Below are positions 1 through 8,764 of a stretch of DNA of 54,836 nt, piece by piece. Within the stretch, counting starts at the first letter, position 1. Every line of letters begins with the position of its first letter. Origin of the DNA: a virus; the IMG/VR virus record IMGVR_UViG_3300024988_000006. One strand, written 5' to 3'. The notes below the pieces were generated by a model that saw only the letters and a program-made list of their open reading frames with translations, was not told the origin of the DNA and did no database searches. The position numbers and the translations under genes are program-made.

Positions 1-2
1 TG

Positions 3-131
3 GGTGTTATGCATGGTTTACACAAACAAGCCCATCTTTCACCTAAAGAAATTGTCCTGACCGCCCTCGAAGGTGCAGAGGAATTCAGTGCTGGCGTTTG
101 TGGTCCATTTAACATCATGTCACAAGGGTGA
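3..131 (+). CDS. 3' end of an HslV/proteasome-beta-like (Ntn-hydrolase) phage protein, partial
   Basis: Not in the ORF track. Frame 3 is open from the window edge and reads GVMHGLHKQAHLSPKEIVLTALEGAEEFSAGVCGPFNIMSQG*. The ALE-x-AEEF...V-x-GPF end resembles phage HslV-like peptidases. Confidence 0.55.
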   Translation, partial: GVMHGLHKQAHLSPKEIVLTALEGAEEFSAGVCGPFNIMSQG

Positions 132-141
132 GGTATACATT

Positions 142-363
142 ATGGGCGAAAATGGTTGGCATACTGATGGCGGCAATACAAACTACGATATCGTTCTTGA
201 TTATGTATTGAGGAAGGGTGAGCATAAGATGCACATCATGCTCGACCCAAAATCTGACCGATATCATGCAATACGAGACCATGGACTCGAGCATTGGAAA
301 AAACACTACAAGTTAATAGCATCGGTTATATTAGTTCCAGAGATTATCATTCACGATTGTTGA
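142..363 (+). CDS. hypothetical protein
   Basis: ATG at 142 follows GAGG (130-133), directly after the upstream stop; preferred over the GTG at 73. Confidence 0.65.
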   Translation: MGENGWHTDGGNTNYDIVLDYVLRKGEHKMHIMLDPKSDRYHAIRDHGLEHWKKHYKLIASVILVPEIIIHDC

Positions 364-387
364 CATTTTGTTTATATTGGGTATAAT
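360..387 (+). promoter_or_regulatory. sigma70-type early promoter
   Basis: TTGACA (360-365), 16-nt spacer, TATAAT (382-387), upstream of a run of co-oriented small genes. Confidence 0.8.
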
Positions 388-420
388 GATTCTATCTTAA
401 CAACCATGTGAGTAAATACA

Positions 421-837
421 ATGCATTATACTTTTCAACCTGTGGTGGATACATCCAACGATCATACCATATTTTACGTGTTTCTCGCCATGGCAATTGT
501 TGCTTTGGTGTTTGTAATTTTGGATTATCTCAATAAAAATTGTAGTTCAACCACGGCGATCGTTTCAACCGTTATAATAACCACCATAATGGGACTTGGG
601 TGGAAAATATCCTACACACCCTACCACCCCGAAAACATTTCCGTTGTGGGGACATTCGTCAAATTTCAACCCGAAGGTTACAACGAACGGCACGGAAAAA
701 CACGCTCGGACGAACACTATATGTATGTTGTGTATAATGTTGAAGGTAAGTATGTAATACTGCTCGCTGATGAGGGCATGACGTATCCCTCACAAGCAGT
801 CCTTTATAAAAACAAAGGGGATTGTTGTGGAAAATGA
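421..837 (+). CDS. membrane protein with two predicted TM helices
   Basis: Hydrophobic stretches IFYVFLAMAIVALVFVIL and AIVSTVIITTIMGLGW. Confidence 0.7.
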   Translation: MHYTFQPVVDTSNDHTIFYVFLAMAIVALVFVILDYLNKNCSSTTAIVSTVIITTIMGLGWKISYTPYHPENISVVGTFVKFQPEGYNERHGKTRSDEHYMYVVYNVEGKYVILLADEGMTYPSQAVLYKNKGDCCGK

Positions 838-1024
838 AAATATCGTGTACAAACAATTGGCAGAGTTGAAGTTGGAAAATCGGTTATTGTCAGAACGCCT
901 TGCCATGATGACGAGAGCAGTAACTTCACGAGATACTGAACGAGCCGCATTGTGTCAGCAGTTGAACAAGCTTGGATTTTTACTAGTAAATGGCATAATC
1001 GAAAAACAGGAGAAACAACAATGA
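827..1024 (+). CDS. small coiled-coil hypothetical protein
   Basis: GTG start after GGGGA; tightly overlaps both neighbours. Confidence 0.6.
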   Translation: MENENIVYKQLAELKLENRLLSERLAMMTRAVTSRDTERAALCQQLNKLGFLLVNGIIEKQEKQQ

Positions 1025-1479
1025 AACGTGACTCGTTAAGCTGGCGCCTGGCTTCATATTATGGTCCCATTGATGATTGGAATAAATCCGAAGACATAAA
1101 AACAGACGTTTGTTCTTATGCTAGAGCTGTACTGGTTGGCGTTAAAAATGTTTTACTTATCTTGATTGCGCTTGCAGTTGTGTCATTATTTGTTGGTGAT
1201 TTTATGGCGTGGGTAGCTGCATCTATTACACTACACGATTGGATTCGCCCCAACGAACCCGCTGGACTTTTCATTGGGGCAATTTGTCTCATTGGTGGCA
1301 CTGCGTTCTTCATCGTGTGCAAAGAGAAATTTGTACCGATCATTCGGGATTATGTGAACCGAGACAAAACAACAGAAGATTGCAAGCAACACGAACCGAG
1401 CGTGCTTGCCCTTTGGTATAAGGGTATTAAAGAAAAAACATGCTTCACGATTACAATCGAGAAAAAGGTGGACCAATAA
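1021..1479 (+). CDS. membrane protein with two TM helices
   Basis: AGGAG RBS before ATG 1021; ATGA overlap; two hydrophobic segments. Confidence 0.7.
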   Translation: MKRDSLSWRLASYYGPIDDWNKSEDIKTDVCSYARAVLVGVKNVLLILIALAVVSLFVGDFMAWVAASITLHDWIRPNEPAGLFIGAICLIGGTAFFIVCKEKFVPIIRDYVNRDKTTEDCKQHEPSVLALWYKGIKEKTCFTITIEKKVDQ

Positions 1480-1712
1480 TGCCGCTCATTCCCGACAGAG
1501 TGTCTAAACACAACCCAAAAGATAGTGAACAGCTTATAAAGAACCAAACTGCCAAAAAAAGTTGTTTGGTTTGCGAAAACTTTAGAGCTTGTCATCCACG
1601 AACAAGTCTTTGTTACTGTACTGATGGTTCAAAAGCCGTTTTCCTGGATGCGGGTTGTTCTTCATGGAAACTTGATCCAAAACTGAAATCAATTAATACT
1701 GCAAGGGAATAA
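1479..1712 (+). CDS. small Cys-rich protein, possibly Zn-binding
   Basis: TAATG coupling; CLVC...C...CYC...C pattern. Confidence 0.6.
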   Translation: MPLIPDRVSKHNPKDSEQLIKNQTAKKSCLVCENFRACHPRTSLCYCTDGSKAVFLDAGCSSWKLDPKLKSINTARE

Positions 1713-1714
1713 TC

Positions 1715-1942
1715 ATGCATTTTGTTTTTGTGTGGACGTTTGGTGATGTTATTAGTTTGTTGGCGATTGGTTTAATTGTTCTTGTTGTGCTAATTGGATC
1801 CCTAAAGCAGTGGTTTAAACAAGCGCGATGCAAACACGATAACGTGCACGAAACGAGAGCTTGTGATGCAGTTTGTAGCCAGTGTGGCAAAAATCTTGGA
1901 TTTATTGGCACTTGGCGGGAACGTCACAAAACGGGAGAGTAA
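1715..1942 (+). CDS. small membrane-anchored Zn-ribbon protein
   Basis: N-terminal TM helix followed by CKH...C...CSQC. Confidence 0.6.
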   Translation: MHFVFVWTFGDVISLLAIGLIVLVVLIGSLKQWFKQARCKHDNVHETRACDAVCSQCGKNLGFIGTWRERHKTGE

Positions 1943-1944
1943 AT

Positions 1945-2148
1945 ATGTATTGGGGACCCAAAGAAAAAATAGCCACCAAGGAAAAAATAAAATTTGCAGG
2001 ACAACTTGCTGTTATTCCTGCAATATTTGTAACGATTGCAGCATATAACTGGTACGCAAATAATGCGAGTATAATCTCACCTGCTAGTATCTGTGCTGTG
2101 GCATTTGGTCTAGTTGCAATAGTTATCTACAAGCGAGTAATTCCATGA
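1945..2148 (+). CDS. small membrane protein
   Basis: GGAG RBS; two hydrophobic segments. Confidence 0.6.
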   Translation: MYWGPKEKIATKEKIKFAGQLAVIPAIFVTIAAYNWYANNASIISPASICAVAFGLVAIVIYKRVIP

Positions 2149-2366
2149 CAACAGAAAAAGAACTTACGCCTGATGAGAAAGCCGCACGATTTCGTGATAT
2201 GGCAAAAAGTATTAGTGCATCATTTACAACAATTAAGGGTAACCCTCTCAATCTCAACTTATTGATGGCTCACGTCGGCGCATTGTCTCTGGCTGTTGAT
2301 GAAATCCTCAACGAACTTGCCACCAAAATGGATACAAAACATGAATCTACACCAACTATTAATTGA
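2145..2366 (+). CDS. hypothetical protein
   Basis: ATGA-coupled ORF within the operon. Confidence 0.6.
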   Translation: MTTEKELTPDEKAARFRDMAKSISASFTTIKGNPLNLNLLMAHVGALSLAVDEILNELATKMDTKHESTPTIN

Positions 2367-2976
2367 CGAGCTTTCTTACGTGGATCCCGAGTGGGGTCCA
2401 AGAGTTAAACGCATTAAACCGTGGGCGGAATTTAAGCCTGTAATAAAAAGCCAACAACTTGATCTCGGATCGGTTCCAATGGAAAAGCTGTGGTTTTGGT
2501 CGGACCAACACTTTAACCACAAAAACATTATCAAATACTGCAATCGTCCGTTTGTGGATTGTCAGGATATGGAAGATAAGTTGATTGCTAACTATCTTGA
2601 TACAATTAAAAATGAAGATGATGTTGTTATTTGGGTTGGTGATGTTACATTCATGGGCGATACGTTTATGAATGATATTCTACGCAATCTACCCGGATAC
2701 AAGATTCTTATTATGGGGAATCATGATTTCGATCGTAGTGTTCCTCGACGGTTGGATTTTGATGAAATGCATAGTATAATTTCCTTACAAAATTTTATTA
2801 TCAGTCATCACCCTTGGAATAACGTTCCGAGTGGTTATTACCATATTCATGGTCACACTCATGTGCACAAGACTAACAATCCACTACACATTAACGTGTG
2901 TGTAGAAAATACGGATTATAGACCACGAAACTTTGTGGACATTTTAAACGAAGTATTGAACAAGGAATCTGAATGA
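2341..2976 (+). CDS. calcineurin-like metallophosphoesterase
   Basis: Motifs SDQH, VGDV, GNHD, SHHP and HGHTH. Confidence 0.9.
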   Translation: MNLHQLLIDELSYVDPEWGPRVKRIKPWAEFKPVIKSQQLDLGSVPMEKLWFWSDQHFNHKNIIKYCNRPFVDCQDMEDKLIANYLDTIKNEDDVVIWVGDVTFMGDTFMNDILRNLPGYKILIMGNHDFDRSVPRRLDFDEMHSIISLQNFIISHHPWNNVPSGYYHIHGHTHVHKTNNPLHINVCVENTDYRPRNFVDILNEVLNKESE

Positions 2977-4325
2977 GTGCAGCGGTAAAGGCAGTTGGGT
3001 CCGATTACATCGAAGACCAACGCAGAGAATTCTTTTTATACACCATTTCATCCCGAGCTATTCCGGCGATTACCGATGGGTTGAAACCGTCAGGCCGCCG
3101 GGTTTTGTGGACGGGTAGAAACGGAGAAAAGTATAAAACGGCAACCCTGGCAGGTGCCACGATGCCTATTCACCCCCATGCATCACCCGATGATGCAATT
3201 AACACGTTAGCGGCACCTTTTGGAAACAACATTCCATTATTTACGGGCATTGGCGCATTTGGAACAATGGTTTTACCAAACAGTTATGGTGCGTCACGTT
3301 ATACTTCCGTTAAGGTCTCCGATTTCACGAAGGATGTCGTGTTTAAAGACATCGAAATCATTCCAATGCAATCCAACTATGATGATACGTTAGAAGAACC
3401 TAAACATTTCTTGCCATTGATTCCAATTGCTCTTTTAAACCCCACTTTTGGTATCGCAGGTGGTTTCTCGTGTAATATTTTGCCACGGGATTTGGGTGAT
3501 ATTGTAACAGAACAAATCAAGTTTTTGGAAAAAAGAGAAAAGGCGATTGTTGAGGATAAATTACCTCGTTTTAACCCTACAAATTCGGTGTCACACCTCA
3601 AATACGAAGATCCCAAATCAGGAAACATGCGTTTTGTTTTTAATGGTACTTATGAACGTATTAATGGCTCAAGTGTTCGTATCACAAAACTACCATACGG
3701 TGTAACTCATTCCAAGTTTACCGATCATCTATCGAAACTAGAAGAACAATACCATATTGCAAGCTTTGACGACTTCTCAAAAGATGCGATCAATATTGTC
3801 GTTCGGTTGGGGCGAGGCAGCGTTGATAACATGTCGGAACAGGACATGCTAAAATTGCTTGGTTTGACTAATACCGAATCCGAAATCATGAACTTGTTGG
3901 ATTTTGATGGCACATCCATTTTAAATACCAACTTTCCTGATGTTATCAAGAATTTTACTTCGTGGCGGCTTGGTTATTATGTTAACCGTTACGAGCGGCT
4001 TCTGCGTTTGCTTGAAGAAGAAATGCAACGTTATCGTGATATTATTAAGGCAATCGCATCAAATGTGGGTGGGGTTGCAAAGAAAACGAAATCGCGTGGG
4101 GAGTTGATTGAGTTTTTGGAGGCTGTTGAAATTGTTAACACTGATTACATCGCCAATTTACCCGTATACAGGTTTACAGATGATGAGCGCATTAAAGTAG
4201 AAACCAAACTTGTGGAAGCAGCGGAAAAAAAGAAAGAATATCTCGACATCTTGTCTTCATCCGAAAGGCGTACTAAAATATACATCTCCGAGTTAAAAGA
4301 GGTTTTGAAAAAATATGGAAAATGA
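2973..4325 (+). CDS. type IIA DNA topoisomerase cleavage subunit (T4 gp52 / GyrA-ParC-like)
   Basis: RAIPAITDGLKPSGRR, HPH, ASRYT (catalytic Tyr), NYDDTLEEP, LLN...GIAGGF. Confidence 0.93.
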   Translation: MSAAVKAVGSDYIEDQRREFFLYTISSRAIPAITDGLKPSGRRVLWTGRNGEKYKTATLAGATMPIHPHASPDDAINTLAAPFGNNIPLFTGIGAFGTMVLPNSYGASRYTSVKVSDFTKDVVFKDIEIIPMQSNYDDTLEEPKHFLPLIPIALLNPTFGIAGGFSCNILPRDLGDIVTEQIKFLEKREKAIVEDKLPRFNPTNSVSHLKYEDPKSGNMRFVFNGTYERINGSSVRITKLPYGVTHSKFTDHLSKLEEQYHIASFDDFSKDAINIVVRLGRGSVDNMSEQDMLKLLGLTNTESEIMNLLDFDGTSILNTNFPDVIKNFTSWRLGYYVNRYERLLRLLEEEMQRYRDIIKAIASNVGGVAKKTKSRGELIEFLEAVEIVNTDYIANLPVYRFTDDERIKVETKLVEAAEKKKEYLDILSSSERRTKIYISELKEVLKKYGK

Positions 4326-4611
4326 AGTCTCGTACAGAACCATTACCCAACGTGGTTATATTCTATCAATGATAGACGTCCGTACTCTTCGTAGTAAATA
4401 CAGGTCTATTAATGAAGAAGTGACAACAGCATCGTTAAATAAACTTCCACAAAAGTTTATGATTAATCGCATTTTAATCGAAGAATTTGGCACAGATGCA
4501 ATGATTGATTATCACAAACAATGTGAGGAATGGGACAAAATGGAGCTCGAGGGTACGGGTGGAGAGTACTGGTTTATGAGTTCTGATGAAGACGAAAAGG
4601 AGAACTTATGA
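4315..4611 (+). CDS. hypothetical protein
   Basis: 98-aa ORF overlapping both neighbours. Confidence 0.6.
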   Translation: MENEVSYRTITQRGYILSMIDVRTLRSKYRSINEEVTTASLNKLPQKFMINRILIEEFGTDAMIDYHKQCEEWDKMELEGTGGEYWFMSSDEDEKENL

Positions 4612-4997
4612 AAAGTACTATTATTGCCATTATTGTAGCAGGTGTTCTTGTTGGTTGTGCGCCGTTTGGTGCTGTTAAAGATACCAACGAGTACGAACGG
4701 TATGTTGTTGTTGATTTGGTTGCAACTCACGCAAAAGAACAATGTGGTACGGATGCTGTTGGTTCGTATATCAAACAACTCCGCAACGAAACAGAGTTTT
4801 TAGAAATCTACACAAAACACATTCCGTATAACGAAGAATCACATAAAATTGCCTCAATTTTACATGACCAGGCTGTTGAACTGGATGAACGAAGCCAAAA
4901 AGGTATGTCAGATGAATACTGTAAGGCAAAAACAGAAATCATTAAACAGGGCGCAGAACGCGCAATGGAAGCCGTATTAACAAAGAGGACCAATTGA
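4608..4997 (+). CDS. lipoprotein
   Basis: Signal peptide with lipobox, MKSTIIAIIVAGVLVG-C; AGGAG RBS. Confidence 0.75.
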   Translation: MKSTIIAIIVAGVLVGCAPFGAVKDTNEYERYVVVDLVATHAKEQCGTDAVGSYIKQLRNETEFLEIYTKHIPYNEESHKIASILHDQAVELDERSQKGMSDEYCKAKTEIIKQGAERAMEAVLTKRTN

Positions 4998-4998
4998 C

Positions 4999-5241
4999 AT
5001 GTTTACTACTATTCAAGATTTACTCAACAGTAAGAACAAAGATGTTTTCGAAACAGCGGTGTATGCTGAACGGTTGCAAAATGAATTAAAAGCAGGTACA
5101 ATTACTCCTGACGAATATGAAGAGCTTTCCAACGATTTGTTGGATTTGAAAAAGATTGATGATTTGTCAGCAACAATTGAGCATAAAGCCGAACTCAAAG
5201 AGGCTTTTGACTTTTTGAGAACGTTTATTAAGACTGTATAA
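4999..5241 (+). CDS. hypothetical protein
   Basis: GAGG RBS; helical 80-aa ORF. Confidence 0.65.
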   Translation: MFTTIQDLLNSKNKDVFETAVYAERLQNELKAGTITPDEYEELSNDLLDLKKIDDLSATIEHKAELKEAFDFLRTFIKTV

Positions 5242-5249
5242 GGAAAATC

Positions 5250-5630
5250 ATGATTAACGATTTTGATTTTGGATTAGCGGATGATCCAAAATGGACACTT
5301 TCAAACTACAAAGTGCAAGAAACCACCGAAATTAAGTCGGATGGGACAGAGGCTGCTCCGATTGAGCGGTTTGCACACATCGTTGAAAAGCTAAAGTACA
5401 TCTGGGGATACCCTGAAGTCACGGTATATCTCGAAAGTTTGGTCGTTAATACCGACCCAAATCGTCCTACGCGGCAAGGGTTTGATCCTTCCGTGAAGAG
5501 TGATATTCTTTTTCTGTACAACTTGTATGTTGACCAGTTTTCGATTATAAATAAAGACAAAACTGCTACCTCACCATTTGCAAATAGACCAAATGCGCGA
5601 GAAAATGACGTTTGGGAATTTAGTAGGTAA
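5250..5630 (+). CDS. conserved hypothetical protein (HI...WG.PE...RQGF motif)
   Basis: FAHIVEKLKYIWGYPE...YLESL...RQGFDPSV resembles a small uncharacterised proteobacterial domain. Confidence 0.65.
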   Translation: MINDFDFGLADDPKWTLSNYKVQETTEIKSDGTEAAPIERFAHIVEKLKYIWGYPEVTVYLESLVVNTDPNRPTRQGFDPSVKSDILFLYNLYVDQFSIINKDKTATSPFANRPNARENDVWEFSR

Positions 5631-5634
5631 AATT

Positions 5635-5835
5635 ATGAAATCTTTTAGTGACGATATTGTAACACCAGAAGCACAAAACGAAGCAATTAAATTTGCCTTT
5701 GTTGCACAAAATGCGTTCATTTTGAATCAAGCCAACACCATCGTCAAGCGTGTAGCACAAATAGTTGCTATTAATATTTTGTGTACTGCCTGTATGTTGG
5801 GTGGTGTTGTAGCTTACTTGCATTATTTCAAATAA
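5635..5835 (+). CDS. small membrane protein
   Basis: AGGT RBS before ATG 5635; C-terminal TM helix. Confidence 0.55.
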   Translation: MKSFSDDIVTPEAQNEAIKFAFVAQNAFILNQANTIVKRVAQIVAINILCTACMLGGVVAYLHYFK

Positions 5836-5841
5836 ACTTCG

Positions 5842-6174
5842 GTGATAGTCGCTGCCACAACGCTTCTGTTTTTGATTCTGCTTCACAGATACAGATATGT
5901 GTTGTTGGCTGCCAGGCGGCAACTTTCTCTCGACAATCAAACCCCATCCAGCATAAAACTGCACATATCAGCAATGATTATATCCCCCTTTCAATTAGTT
6001 TTGGACACCATCTTGTTGGTTTTGACTATATTGGGAGGCATTCTTGCTGTATGCATGACCACATCACTCAATTCGTTTGGTCAAGTATTTGGTTACATAT
6101 ACGACCAAAAATGGATAAGCGACCAGAAAGAAGCATTCAACATTTTTAACAACGCAAAGGAGCAACAGAAATGA
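5842..6174 (+). CDS. membrane protein
   Basis: Hydrophobic ORF filling the gap in the operon; start uncertain. Confidence 0.5.
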   Translation: MIVAATTLLFLILLHRYRYVLLAARRQLSLDNQTPSSIKLHISAMIISPFQLVLDTILLVLTILGGILAVCMTTSLNSFGQVFGYIYDQKWISDQKEAFNIFNNAKEQQK

Positions 6175-6425
6175 GCAAGCATTACCATTCTTCCATAATG
6201 TTCGAAGTCACACGACTTATGAATGAAGTCAAGGAAATGGACACGGAAGAAGTTTTATCAACGCATGGCATCGAACTTAACAAAGACGGTACTGTTTTTG
6301 ATGTTATTAGTGAAAAAAGGTTTGACACACTCATGATGTGGGCCCAGTCAGTCGTCGACGAAGAAATTGTTAATAGTTTTCAACACATGCAACACAAACA
6401 ACGATTTGATGATGACTATATGTAA
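6171..6425 (+). CDS. hypothetical protein
   Basis: AAGGAG RBS; ATGA overlap. Confidence 0.7.
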   Translation: MSKHYHSSIMFEVTRLMNEVKEMDTEEVLSTHGIELNKDGTVFDVISEKRFDTLMMWAQSVVDEEIVNSFQHMQHKQRFDDDYM

Positions 6426-6454
6426 TAAAAAGGGCGTTAAACGCCCTTTTTATT
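6424..6454. terminator. bidirectional intrinsic terminator
   Basis: AATAAAAAGGGCG-TTAAA-CGCCCTTTTTATT between convergent genes. Confidence 0.85.
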
Positions 6455-6990
6455 TAACTGAAATCGGCAGCATTACAAAACTCATCTGCGAATGGTGATC
6501 GCGCGATTAACTGCACCACACACCTGGGTAGGTGACGATAAATTAACATATCAAACTTTCGATCATCCTTCATCGCCAACAAATGGTTTCGAGCTAGTGA
6601 CGAACTGATGATTGATAGTTCAGGCTCGTTTAACAAATACAAAACTTCGTCAATACCATACCCCTTAACGAACTGCTCGACGGATCGTTCATATTCCAAA
6701 TCCAGACCGTTGCGCACTCCACGAATCATAGTTTTGGACTTGTGTCTTTTGATAAATGATGAAATTAAATGCCCTTCTCCGAGGCCCATCACGCGAACGT
6801 TTGGCATGTCTTTGACCATTTGCACAACCATATCAAGACGATCGTGATGGTCGAACATATGTTTTTTATCAAGGTTGCTACAAACAACAACAGTTACTTC
6901 ACCAAGAAGTTTTTGGGCACGATTGATAATAGATAGATGTCCGTGCGTTGGTGGATCAAACGACCCAGTGATAATATTTCTATGCGCCAT
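6454..6990 (-). CDS. coaD: phosphopantetheine adenylyltransferase (PPAT)
   Basis: GSFDPPTHGH (T/HxGH), N-x-x-K-x-x-MF, IRGVRNGLDLEYE and ISSSLAR match CoaD motifs; start at 6990 or 6996. Confidence 0.85.
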   Translation of the reverse strand: MAHRNIITGSFDPPTHGHLSIINRAQKLLGEVTVVVCSNLDKKHMFDHHDRLDMVVQMVKDMPNVRVMGLGEGHLISSFIKRHKSKTMIRGVRNGLDLEYERSVEQFVKGYGIDEVLYLLNEPELSIISSSLARNHLLAMKDDRKFDMLIYRHLPRCVVQLIARSPFADEFCNAADFS

Positions 6991-7010
6991 ATTCATTTCC
7001 TGAAAATAAT

Positions 7011-7033
7011 AATGGGGCCATTATAGCCCCATT
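7011..7033 (-). terminator. hairpin / probable terminator downstream of nrdB
   Basis: AATGGGGC-N7-GCCCCATT inverted repeat. Confidence 0.55.
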
Positions 7034-7051
7034 TTAACCAAATATCAAGCC

Positions 7052-8047
7052 TTATTCAACAGCACCCCAAACATCATCCCAATCGCCTGTAAGAGCACCC
7101 TTCGAGTACGAGCTTTCTTCTTGCTCGAAAAAGTTCGAGTGGCTTGGGAGTACCAACATTTCATCAACCCAAGGAAGAGGGTTCTTTTTCTGTTTAAAAA
7201 TACCTTTCAACCCTAAACCAATCAATCGGCGGTCAGCAATGTATCGAATATAGGTATGCATGTCTTCTTTGAGTAGTGGTTGTTTAAATTCAGAACCGTC
7301 CATCACACCGTACGCAAGGTTAATGAATCCATCTTCTAATTCTACCATTTTCTCTGCAATGGTGTACAATTGAGATTTTAGTTCATCGGTCCATATATCA
7401 CGATTTTCCTTAATAAACTCGCGGAATAATTTTGTCATTCCTTCAACGTGTTTACCTTCGTCAATGATTGACCACGTAACGATCTTGGTCATACCAGGCA
7501 TCAAATTGTTGCGACCAAAATTGAGCAACATAACAAATGAACTGAATAATTGTAATCCTTCAGTAAAGGCCGATACGGCACACATCTGTTGAACAATATG
7601 GTTGTGGTCAGTACCCGAAATTTCTTTAAAAAATTCGTGTTTGTCTGCCATTTCCTTATATTTCATGAATTCGTCATACACAGAATCAGGAAAACCCAGC
7701 GTTTCCATAAGATGTGAATAAGCGGCAATATGCACCGCTTCACGGGCAGCGAAACCCAACAACATCATGCGTACCTCGGGTTGTGGAAATACTGGCAGAT
7801 AGTTGTCAATATATGCTCCAGCAACATCGATGTCGCCTTGTGTGAACAAACGAAGAATTTGAGTAAGGAAGTTCTTTTGATCTGGGTTAAGACGCTTTTT
7901 CCAGTCCCGCACATCTTGCTGCATCGGAACGATTGAGTGAATCCAGTGAATCTGCTCGTGTTCCAGCCACAATTTATATGCCCATGGATGTTGGAACGGC
8001 TTAAACGTATCCCGTTTATCAGTCAGCCGCAGTTTTTTCTTTACCAT
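7052..8047 (-). CDS. nrdB: ribonucleotide reductase class Ia beta subunit
   Basis: FTQGDIDV, EAVHIAAY (radical Tyr), FTEG, DEGKH, NFFE...Y; ATG 8047 follows an AAGGA RBS. Confidence 0.95.
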   Translation of the reverse strand: MVKKKLRLTDKRDTFKPFQHPWAYKLWLEHEQIHWIHSIVPMQQDVRDWKKRLNPDQKNFLTQILRLFTQGDIDVAGAYIDNYLPVFPQPEVRMMLLGFAAREAVHIAAYSHLMETLGFPDSVYDEFMKYKEMADKHEFFKEISGTDHNHIVQQMCAVSAFTEGLQLFSSFVMLLNFGRNNLMPGMTKIVTWSIIDEGKHVEGMTKLFREFIKENRDIWTDELKSQLYTIAEKMVELEDGFINLAYGVMDGSEFKQPLLKEDMHTYIRYIADRRLIGLGLKGIFKQKKNPLPWVDEMLVLPSHSNFFEQEESSYSKGALTGDWDDVWGAVE

Positions 8048-8729
8048 AATGTTTTCCTTTTTTGTTAGCTCCTGTGCCACCTTGGTATCCGTCCATTTTA
8101 CCCGGTACGAATCCTTCTGGTACTTCTTCAGGATAAAAATATTTGTGTACTACGCCGTTATTAAAAATCTTTTTATTTCTTGTGTTATTTCCGCTTGTGT
8201 TAGACTTTGGTGGTTTTAAATTCTCCGTTTTGGATCGCCCTCGTTTCCAACCGGCGGGAATATCAGCGGTGCCTTTTACCTTTAAATCATTATATCCATC
8301 CGTAATCCATATTCGTCCAAGTTGATCGTTGCGGGCACGTGTACTACGCACACTTGATGGTTCGTTCATTTTATACATCGTTTTTGGTAAAGATCTACCC
8401 ATCAACGCATTTGAAATCTTTTTTCTCGTTTCAGCCTTCACTATGTTTCCAGGAGGCGCCCCATCTAAACCGTTCTCCATTATAAGATTTGCCCACCCTT
8501 TAGAATCTACGATGTTATTAGCATCAGAAAATTCTTTAGCGGCTTCCGTTAACATATCGCAGTTTAAATACTCTCCAATAATAACGGTGGATACATCATT
8601 TCCGTGCTTGCGCAGATGTCGCAACCAATACTTCCCGGAACCACGGTAAGTATTTGGATTTCGGGTTGTTTTTCCAAAGTATTTTAGTCCTGTAATATTA
8701 TGCGTTTTTACGTAAAGGTAGGTAATCAT
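8019..8729 (-). CDS. free-standing GIY-YIG homing endonuclease with NUMOD-type DNA-binding repeats
   Basis: YLYVKTHNITGLKYFGKT...YRGSG N-terminus, ETRKKIS (NUMOD3-like), WITDG...IPAGWKRGR and FNNG...VPEGFVPG repeats; lies between nrdA and nrdB and overlaps the nrdB start. Confidence 0.88.
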   Translation of the reverse strand: MITYLYVKTHNITGLKYFGKTTRNPNTYRGSGKYWLRHLRKHGNDVSTVIIGEYLNCDMLTEAAKEFSDANNIVDSKGWANLIMENGLDGAPPGNIVKAETRKKISNALMGRSLPKTMYKMNEPSSVRSTRARNDQLGRIWITDGYNDLKVKGTADIPAGWKRGRSKTENLKPPKSNTSGNNTRNKKIFNNGVVHKYFYPEEVPEGFVPGKMDGYQGGTGANKKGKHYGKEKTAAD

Positions 8730-8764
8730 AAAAGTTCTCCTGCATCTATTTATGATTACCTACC
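8717..8764 (-). promoter_or_regulatory. translation-sequestering hairpin plus late promoter of the homing endonuclease
   Basis: Perfect 16-bp inverted repeat (8717-8732 / 8749-8764) covers the ATG, with the AGGAG RBS in the loop. A minus-strand CATAAATA (8747-8754) overlaps the upstream arm. Confidence 0.85.
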
